Positions 53,923-64,000 of a stretch of DNA of 64,000 bases are shown here, one piece after another. A program made the translations under genes and the position numbers. Source of the stretch: Amoebidium appalachense. Its lineage: Eukaryota; Protista; Ichthyosporea. The first letter of the stretch is position 1, and each line of letters begins with the position of its first letter. The stretch is from NCBI GenBank assembly GCA_963693365.1, contig CAVNZM010000006.1, forward strand, positions 8,931,355 to 8,995,354, in the 5' to 3' direction. The notes beneath the pieces are model-generated. The model was given only the letters and a program-made list of their open reading frames with translations. It made no database searches and was not told where the DNA came from.

Positions 53923-55900
53923 CTTGGCTTCCCAAGCCTCCACAGAAAAAGAGAAACCTAGCGCCAAGTCCTTCCCCTAGTCCTTTCCTTAATCAAAGCA
54001 GGGCATAAACAAGTCGGGCTACTTTTATTTTTATTTTATTTTTCGTTTCGCCAAGTTGTGATGATCATTCAGGCGCGCGGGAATCGCTGTCATATGACTG
54101 GTCTGGCACGGCCCTCTGAAGAGGGCCGTGGGTCTGGACTCCGATTGCGCGCCATCTTTTTTGTATTTATGCGCAAACTGCGCAAACTGTCCGTGCTGCC
54201 GCCGGGCGCGGGCTGTATCCAAGCGCCAACCCCCCTTCACCGCCCCTCCCCCCCCCCCTTCCCCCCCCTCCCCCCTCCCCCCGCGCCCCCACCCCTCATA
54301 AGCATTCGAGTCTTGTGCTAATTCTCCATTCACACTTCTGACCCGGACCTTCGGATTGTCGAAGCTAGATCCAACAACAGTAATCAGTAATAGGGATGAC
54401 TCGAATCACGGTCCATGGCAAAGCTATGCAACTCCCCCCCCCCCCCCCCCCTCCCCCCGCCCTCTTTAAGAGCCCAACGGCAGGCTCGAGCCTTCTCTTA
54501 GTGCACTCCACTATCGTGATGATACTTGGTCTCTCGCAAGTCTTTTTTTTGCTACATTTCTTTCCTCATGTGATCATCTTGCTGCATGAATTTTTAAGTT
54601 GAATTTGCATCATGACGATGATCGGGAGGCACATGACCATGGTTATATAATATCCCCCCTTATTCGTGCTAGTTCCTCTCCAAGCCTTTTTTGTGCTTTC
54701 TCTTTTTTTCGTGTGATGCTCCATCACCTTATATATATATATACATTGACTTCGACAGCCGAAAAGTCGTGATCATGATCACGGGTACTCTAGGAGGGAG
54801 GGCCGGGAGGAAGCCAAAAAAGGCACCAAAGGGTATCCTCTAGACATCAAATGCAAGTTCTCTGTGTGGTTGTTTCTGATTTTAAACGTGGGCTGTAGTG
54901 AACGTGTGCCATCCTTCGCGCGCGGGGGCAGGGCGCATGTTTGCACGGGAGGTTTTTTTTCGCTACCCACCCTGCACATGGGTAAGAGACTTTCGAGATG
55001 CATACTTTGGTGCGACATGGAACTCAAAATGAAGTAAACAAGTATTTTTTGAGTGGCTTCAAGCTCACAATAGAACATTAAAGGTTCCTGGACTACTATC
55101 AACAGCACACTGTTTTTACAAATTTGCTTCTCCTGTATACTCAGTGATGCTCTGACCTGTATGTATACATGTAAACTTGCCGCAGGCTGCCCATGGGTTC
55201 TATACACAGAAATAGATCACTCCCATGGTCTCTATACACAGAATTATGGTGCAAGTACGTACTCTCGTAAGACCACAGCTCCACCTTATGACCGCGTTCA
55301 GTATGACGTGAATAGAAAGAGCACTGAATCGAAGTACTCATAGCCCATCCAGGGGCTTTCATTCATACTTGCACATTATGTCGGTATCATTCTCATTGCT
55401 GTTTTTCCAGCTATTCAAAAGTATTCACTTTAGAGTAGATAGTGCCGGTCCAAAGTCGTAAGGAATAACACATACGTATCGCATAATAAAATTCATGCTA
55501 AAGCACGTGCACATTTACACAGTGTGGCAGGGCACACACTCGGTAAGTGTTAACCCCATGCATGGTATAACTTAGTGCTTTGCTCCAATCAGTCACGTGC
55601 TCTGCAACTTTCGGATCTACTCGTTTACCCTAATGCTGCTGAAAAACCGTGAAGAATGTGCTTACTCTACCCTCGTGCACGGGATTCCCTTAAGCACAAC
55701 ATGGTATCATTTCCACACCGCGTGCAGTGCGCATTTGGCAACCCGGAACACTTTTTGCCACCATGAGTCGACAAAGTCGTATTATGAGGCAGCTTTTGGA
55801 AATAGAAAATAGAAAACCTTCAGGTTCGCGGTGGTGCATTCGTTTAGTTAGAATTCCATAATTTCGCCATTCATCATACTTTTCGAGCTGGTTGCTGGTC

Positions 55901-56110
55901 TTAGTTTTCTTCGTCGGATTCAGTGATGTCGTCAAGGGCGGGTTGTGACATCTGGCGAACCTTGATGCGTATGTCTGTGGCTTCACCTGCCTCGCTAATA
56001 ACGGGTGCACTCTTAGAAACCTTCTTAGACAAAAGAAGCGGCTTGGTGGGGTCCGTTTTCCTCTGTTTCCGGACGATTTGAAGGGCCTGTTCGAACAATG
56101 GGCTCACCAT
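55901..56110 (-). CDS. Possible small hypothetical protein (69 aa)
   Basis: ATG-initiated non-repetitive ORF with a basic N-half and acidic C-terminus, in a repeat-free region. No homology recognised. Confidence 0.3.
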   Translation of the reverse strand: MVSPLFEQALQIVRKQRKTDPTKPLLLSKKVSKSAPVISEAGEATDIRIKVRQMSQPALDDITESDEEN

Positions 56111-57650
56111 TCTCGTTGTATGGTTGTGCGGCGCACACCGAATATCGATACTCCTGGGGCCTTCTAAACGTTTTGAATAGACTTAGAGGGTGCTGAAAAT
56201 ATATCCTCATCCAGCAGCGGAATGTGTGCGAAGTAACGCGTAGCTTGTGAGGATACCATTGAATGTATTTTTTTGGTAGTACACGTGTGGATGCTCAAGG
56301 GCAGTTACAACAATCTGATAGTGGAGCCCAAATTGACTTTTTTGTAGCTCTGTTTTTACTGTTTGCACCTGTTGAAGTGTGGCTTTGCAAATAGGCATAT
56401 TATCAATCTGCCTCTAGCAATTAATAGATCATGTGGTAAGCATGCAGAAGATCAGAACGTCAAACTATGAACTACTCTTATTCTTATTGGAAAAACATTT
56501 TGGCAGGCACGAGCAGTGCTTGCATGCATGACATGCTGTTTCTTTGACAATGACATCTGAAATCATCTCCTCAACAGTGGGGCTCTTTATATAACCATGT
56601 AACATTCCACTCCCGCCGATTCCAAGAAACCTCATACGTGATAAAAACCCAATAAGCCAGCTTGACTAATAACCACAATACCTGCTTATAATGGTCAAAA
56701 ACCTCGAAAACCAATAGATAACGAGACTTTAAAAGTCATCTAGCCTTTTTGTCACGGTGGGAAAAGTTGATTGGCTTACAGAGCGGTGCAAATGCCAAAG
56801 TCTGAGAAGTAGGCATTGGTGAGCGTCGATGATTGGTGGACCTAATTTATCAGCCTTCAAGGCCAGCCGCACGCATGTCACAGTCGACGTCTTTTCTGTG
56901 GACTCTTGAAAACCACTGTAAGAGAAATAAAGCGATAATCACACAAAGGACATAAGAAATGCTCGTTGTATATTCTTATAGTCAATTTTGTTTTGTTTTT
57001 TTGTTTTTTTTCTTTACGGGAGACAGCACGCATGCGTGAGCTGTGCCTACCCAATGCAACTTGCTGGGGATGCCCACGCGCGTGCCGAGCTGCGGCTGCA
57101 ACCACTCATGAGCCGAATGCATAAGCCAAAATTGGTTCTAGATTTTGTGTGCTATTTGATATATGTGATATTTAGCAAATCACATAGCACTTTCCTCACA
57201 ATCAGTGTTGCGAACTTGCGGCCGAACTTCCCCGCGGCCGGAGATCCCACAAGAAAAAAAAAAGAAAAAAAACGAGGAAAAAAAGCTAAGAGGTTAGGAG
57301 AGGAAAAAACCTCACATATTTGTATTTAGTTATAAAACAGAAACAGATACAATACACCTCCATTAGGTGCACCCCAACACGCCCGAACCCCATGGGCATC
57401 TGCAGAAATGTGGGCCGGCGGCCGCGCCGCACCGGCTGCTTTTTGACAGCGGCCACGTGGCTCAGGGGTGAGCCACGCTCACCGTGACGCCTGTGCACTG
57501 GCCCAGTGCGGTCCGGGTCGGGTGCGTGGCACTGCGCGCGTGCCGCTGGCTTCGTCGTGGGTGAAGTTCCTCAGTTTGACCAACTTGAAGAAAGGTGCAA
57601 TTGCAACATTATAAGCGTAGACATAGGGTAAACAGGTACACAACGGCAAC

Positions 57651-58058
57651 ATGCCACACCTGCAGTTTGAATTCAACTTCACGCCCAGTGCACAGGACAA
57701 GGGCACGCTGGCAAAGACGGTGGTTGACCTTTTCGGAACCGTCATGGACACTGGTACCGACCACATCGGAATTACTTTTCGCTGCTACGCAAAAGAGGAT
57801 TTAGTTTTGGGCCGAACGGACCCACAAGATGGGCGCGTTGTGTTTCTGAATGCGGACATAAGAAACGGGAGGACGAAAGACCAGAAGCGCAGGTTGGCGC
57901 TTGGAATTATGGACGCGATAAACGGCCTGTGGGGGGTACCTAAGGAGAGCATGTATATTGTCTATACTGAGCACGACGGTGAGAATTTTCAGCTGTCTGA
58001 CCGCGTTTTGCCGTCGTGGAAAGAGGGAGAGGACCCGCTGTATGACCCGGTTGAGTAA
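57651..58058 (+). CDS. Intronless tautomerase-superfamily protein (4-OT/MIF-like, two beta-alpha-beta units, 135 aa)
   Basis: Met-Pro N-terminus (catalytic Pro1). The motifs DIRNGRTKDQKRRLALGIMDAI and WGVPKESMYIVYTEH are typical of the 4-oxalocrotonate tautomerase fold. Confidence 0.88.
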   Translation: MPHLQFEFNFTPSAQDKGTLAKTVVDLFGTVMDTGTDHIGITFRCYAKEDLVLGRTDPQDGRVVFLNADIRNGRTKDQKRRLALGIMDAINGLWGVPKESMYIVYTEHDGENFQLSDRVLPSWKEGEDPLYDPVE

Positions 58059-58742
58059 ACTGCACAGGGCGAAATTGTCATGTCATGGCATTCATGGTTC
58101 GACAATTCACAAGCTGGTTTATTACGATTAGTAGGTGCATCTTGTGCATCTTTTCTTTGAACTAACGAGTCGACCGTTTAGAGCTAGACACGTTAAGGCG
58201 ATTGTTTTTAGATAGACGCGTAAAAATAATGAACCCCCCCTTTTTTTTTAACAGTTTTGATGCTCGTCTGTAGGTAGTAGCAGGTAATTGTGTAGTGAAG
58301 TGGTGATGAAGGTATGAATAATGCGTGAATACGAAGCGACGTGGCTAACCGCTGGCAAGCATTAGCTTGCTTCCACCGTGGTCCTTTGTTGAACCGATCA
58401 GTCAACCCCCTTCCCCACCCCCTCCCCCCCTCCCCCCCCCTACCCGCCTGCCGCCGCCTTCCCACGTCCCCCCCTCCCTCCCCGTTCCCTCCTTCCTTCC
58501 CCTCCCCTTGCGTTTTTTTTCCCGACAGTTTACCTTCTGTTGTCTCTTGCCTTCTATGCTGCTGTCTCGATCACTTCACCCCATACAGCCGACCAACTGC
58601 CGTGCCATGCTAATGTACCCAGGAGGCACAGTTGCAAGGAGACCCTTTTAGCAACTGAGGAAGAATCACAAGGATATACCAAAGCAACCCGGACACACAC
58701 ACACACACGCACACACATACTCTCCCTCTCTCTCCCTCTCTC

Positions 58743-58788
<46 letters not shown>

Positions 58789-59100
58789 GCTCTCCGAGTC
58801 TCTCTCTTTCTCTCTCAAATTTCTCTCCCTCTATTCTCTCTCTCTCCCTCTCTCTCTCTCTCCTCTCCCCCCTCCCTCCCCTCACCCCCCTCTCCCCCCT
58901 CCCCTCCCCCTCGCTCTCCCTCCCTCTTCTTCCCTCTCTCTCCCTCCCCTTTTCTCTCTCTCTCTCTTTAACCTATTCTCTCTCCCCCCTTCCTCCCGCA
59001 CTCTTGCTCTCTCTCTTTTCTCTCCCGTTCTCTCCTCTCCTTCTTCCTCTCCCTCTCCCTCTACGTCTATCTCTCTCTGTTTTCTCTCTCCCTTCCTCCC

Positions 59101-59134
<34 letters not shown>

Positions 59135-59732
59135 TCTCTCGCTCTCTCTCTGTGTGTGTGCGTGTGTGCGCGTGCGCCAATCACTCACTCATGTAGGAAG
59201 TGCACTTCCTCTGTCTCCCCCCTTTTGTCCTCCCCCCTCCCTCCCTCTCCCTCCCCTTTTTGGGCCCCCCCTTTCCTCTGGGAACAATACACTGGCACGC
59301 AGCACACCCAGGAACACACTATACACTGCATCCACATACGCACAAACATATAAGACACATATGCGCACAAGCAACACGCACACAATCACCCACATTGCAC
59401 AGGTACATATATTCACGAGATTCACGATATTCAAGTCGTATCCATAGGCTGTAGGCCCCTTGGATGAATTGGCCCGTTCAAACCCAAAACTTGCCAGGTT
59501 TCGTTGGGGATCGAGCTCGAGGGAGGTTGGGGGAGAGAGGGGGGGGGGGGGGGGGGGCTCGGAGGGGTGCATCGGATCCCCGTTATGAAATCAGTAACTT
59601 CTAATCATTTTAGTATCCGTGTAATATATTACAAGAAGATCAGTGTGGGGATTACACCACAATACAGGTAATTGTACCAGTCAGTGGCTGGGTGCATGCT
59701 CATGGCAGTTCTGTCGTGGTGGTGGTGGTGGT

Positions 59733-59846
<114 letters not shown>

Positions 59847-60255
59847 GACATGACGGTCCGACAAATCGGACTCGTTTCTGCATCAGGTACGTCCGCTTTT
59901 AAGCGTGTTCCGTAGGTACATATGAAATCAAAAAGGGGACTCAAGTTTGCACCCAAGTACACTGTTACTACGTCAAACTCATTCCCTTCATTGAAAAGTG
60001 GCAGATCACGGTTTACACTCAGTCATACCCCAATGGTCGATGTCGAGATTTGAAATTCACTGGTGGGCACCAAAAGATCTACAAAAGCTATATATATATA
60101 TATATAAATCAGCATACATGCACATCCCTGGCTACAAAAGCAGTCCTATATTAGCTAACACAAGCGTGCATCTGCTCGTATCACATATCCAGTTGACATT
60201 CATATTACTTAGTGTACCATGCACACAATCAAAAACAGCCTAACATGAAACATGA

Positions 60256-61453
60256 TTAGCTCTGGCCGTCAGACTCAGCTGCAGGCTTGCGAACAAAAGG
60301 AGCAGGGCGAGGGGGTGCCACCGGGCTCTTTACACCCTCATCCGAACCATTCGTGCTGGCGGCAGGGCGAGGGGCAGGCACGGGGGTCTCGGTGGTTGGT
60401 GCAGGCATACTTGCCAAATTAGGGTATAAGTCGGGGATAGTCTCATACAGGGGCTCCTCATCTGCTTCTTTGGGGTTTTTGGCCTCAGCTGGGTCCGTGG
60501 CCGATATATATGAGGGCTCGGCATTTGCAGCAACATCGGGAACTGGAGTGACTGGTGCCTGGGTGGCGTTATTGGTTGTGGGTTCTGCAGGAAGGGGCAA
60601 AGATGCACGGGGCACATTTTCGTAGATGGGGCTGGGCATGGTGGGTTGCGGGGAAGACGGTGCAGGGAAGGCCGGCTGTGCAAACGGTATGGACTGAGGC
60701 GCATCAGTGGCGGGTTTACCCTCGTGTAGGCCGTATGCAGGGGGGGCCACATATCCGCCTTGCTGGGGCATAAAGCCCTGCTGAGGGGGCATATAGCCCT
60801 GCTGGTTGGGCATGAAGCCAGGCTGCTGGGGGGGCATGTACTGCCCGTAGGGGGGCATACCACCAGAGTATGCACCGTAGGGGGGTTGCGGCTGGGCTGC
60901 AGGGTAGCCGTAGCCATAGGCGGGCTGGGTGGGTGCGTGGTGCAGCTGATTGGATGGCTGACCCTCGGCCCTAATCCGCTCAAACTCGCTCCTGAGGCTG
61001 CCATAGGAGTCTGGGCCGGTCATTGCACGCTGGAGGGTGTTGGGTGCCATCGCACCAGAGGAAACCGAACTCTGTGGCATGATGGGTGACTTGACGTGCC
61101 CTGAGGCGACAGGGGACAGCGCCATAGGTGACGTGTTGGACTTGGCGCCTGCCTGGGCGTATGAGTTGTAGAACGCTGCCGCCTGGGTGTCCTTGCTGGC
61201 AAACAGGGACTCGAGTAGGTGCTTGCGCCGGGCCTGCTTCTTGGCAAGGGCAACATCGTCTTTCTGTGGGTGTCGGAGTGTGAGCATCATCCCTGTTGCA
61301 AGCCCCCATGGCTATGTATTGTGCAAAGTGGGGTCGTGGTGCGCCTTCCGGGTGTTCGTGCGCAATTGCTGGTGTGTGTAGTTGTGTGAATGTGTGTCGT
61401 TGTGCATGTGTCTTTGCTTGCATGCACATGTGCATGTGTCTTTGCTTGCATGC

Positions 61454-61503
<50 letters not shown>

Positions 61504-61756
61504 GTGTGTGTTAGCGTGTTTCTGTGTGCATGTGTCCTGTACGCATGCAGTAAATGAATGGGCACCAACCTGGAACTTGGCCTCGAGCTCTGCCAGGCGT
61601 GCCTTCTTTGCGTCCTTTGGGCTGGTCTTTGAGTCCATGAAGAACTTCTTAACACGGTTCTTAATGTACTCCATGTCTACCTCCATCACCTGCTTCTGCT
61701 GCTCAAGACGCTGCCTGTGCGTGGAAAGGAGGTGTGTGTGTGTAGGGGGGCGGTGG

Positions 61757-61788
<32 letters not shown>

Positions 61789-61944
61789 GGAAAGGAAGTG
61801 GGGGGGGGGACACGGGTTGGTGGGGATTGATGGTTAGAGGGTTGCCGAAAATAAAAACAATATGGTTGTACAGTATCATCACAGAGTAGGTCGCTGCAAG
61901 ATGACGGGGGAACGGTGGTGGTTAGGTTGGTTTTTTTGTTTGTT

Positions 61945-62023
<79 letters not shown>

Positions 62024-62097
62024 GCGTGTGCGTGTGCGTGTGCGTGTGCGTGTGCGTGTGCGTGTGCGTGTGCGTGTGCGTGTGCGTGTGCGTGTGC

Positions 62098-62159
<62 letters not shown>

Positions 62160-62161
62160 CG

Positions 62162-62199
<38 letters not shown>

Positions 62200-62570
62200 G
62201 GGGGAGAATGGGTGTGATACGAGTGTGGGTGTACCGGGGAGATTGGGAAAAGGTGTACTAGAAATAAAACGCACAAGGATTGAGTGAAAAGGTTAAGGGG
62301 CAGGGGGAGGAGGGGGGATCCGGGGTGGGGTGGGGGTGGGGGGGGGGGGGGGGGGGGGGGAAGAGTGAGGGGACGTACTTATTCAGCTCATCAGTGTGAA
62401 ACTCTGCCAGACGCTTGAGCTCCTCCTTGTGGAGGGTGTCGTAGGCTGAGGCCTCCTCACTCTGCAGGTGGCGGTAGACATTGCCAAGAAGCACGGTATA
62501 GCGCTGCATGCACGACTCATGCACGGACTTGAGCTGCTCGGGGCTGGGCTGCACGTACTTGTCCTTGCTG

Positions 62571-62650
<80 letters not shown>

Positions 62651-63511
62651 CTGGGGGCGGTGGGGAGGGGGGGGGGGGGGGGTGGGGGAGGGATCGTTAG
62701 CTTACACACATTAGACCATGTGTGCATGTAGCTGAGACCCAGAAGACCGAAATTACAACAGATCAAATAAATGCAGGCATAAGGTCAGGGGGTTTAGCAG
62801 AAGTAAAGAAACCAAGCAGAAGAAATTGCCAAAAAAACGCCATAAACAACGTGCGCATACCTATCCAGGAAGCTTGTGATTGTGCGAGCAAACACGTTGG
62901 TGTGGATCTTCTTGCCGGGATTGAGACTCTGCAGCAGGGCTCTCTCCTGGTTGTCGTAGTCGGCCTGAATCTCTTTTATTCCCTTGCGATAAAGCTCGTC
63001 GGTAATCTTGCGCACCTGATGAAAAAAAAAGCAAAATGTTAGTAATGATTGCAGGTTTGAAAATTGGTGTGTACATGTGATTCCCCTAGACAGTAGCTAA
63101 CCCAGCTTAGACGGAACGAGCAGGTTCATGGCTACAAAATTTGGAATTAGCCGTTGGGACAGTTGCCTTAGCAGACTCTTAGCCTAATAACCCGAAGTAC
63201 GTGGTGTGATCAGGCCCAAAACATTTCTGCCCCCCCCCCCCCCCCCCCCCTCTTCCCCCTCCCCCCTCCCCCCCTCTCCCCCCCCCCCCCCCCCCTCCTT
63301 TGCCCTCTCCACATACAAGATGCTCACGCCTCAAACTCACCTTAACCAGTGACTTCTTGGTCTCCTCAAGGGTCTCCTCAAGAGAGCTGCTTGCCAGCTG
63401 GCCGGTTACGCGTGGCAGGCACAGGCAGGCAAACTCCATGGAGCCCATGGCACCCTCCTTCCAGTGGTCGTGCTTGCCGTAGTTAGTGCTGGTAGGAACG
63501 ACCGCACAGTT
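60256..63511 (-). CDS. Hypothetical coiled-coil protein with a Pro/Gln/Tyr-rich C-terminal tail (5' part lies beyond the window)
   Basis: In-phase exons 63341-63511, 62861-63015, 62379-62567, 61570-61714, 60256-61263. A charged helical region is followed by YMPPQQ repeats and YENV/YETI motifs. Confidence 0.8.
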
Positions 63512-63582
63512 CTGGATGGGGAGGATCAGTTTAGTTTTACACAAAACGTGGCCCTCGAATAGGGTAGGCTGAGGATGATGGT

Positions 63583-63892
<310 letters not shown>

Positions 63893-64000
63893 CGCTGAGT
63901 GCACACGAGCCAGTTTGTGTCGGTGGTGTGTGAAGTGTACGTAAGCTATGTGTGCAGGTCTGACTGCGGTACGTGCATGTGTGTGTGTGTGTGTGTGTGT

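Overview
Eukaryotic genomic DNA, probably a unicellular opisthokont or holozoan (inferred from gene content only). Genes have GT-AG introns packed with (CA)n, (GA)n and very many poly-G/poly-C tracts, so most ORFs in the track are repeat artefacts. Genes reconstructed by hand from splice sites: a chromatin protein joining a UHRF1-like tandem Tudor domain to DDT/WHIM (minus strand, runs off the left edge), an intronless LCCL-domain membrane protein, an alpha/beta hydrolase, GRASP55/65, a TRMT61B-like tRNA m1A58 methyltransferase, an intronless prokaryote-like tautomerase and several hypothetical genes. The most interesting layer is intronic. There is a 5'-truncated Penelope-like reverse transcriptase of Naiad/Chlamys type bounded by C-tracts. 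There are four copies (two subfamilies) of a ~240-290 bp non-coding element that always ends in GCATTCAAA(C)n and shows a strand-specific, covarying RNA fold with a probable pseudoknot. A second structured tandem pair lies next to the RT. Together these suggest a C-tract-targeting retroelement system with an uncharacterised structured RNA. That link is inferred and no searches were run.
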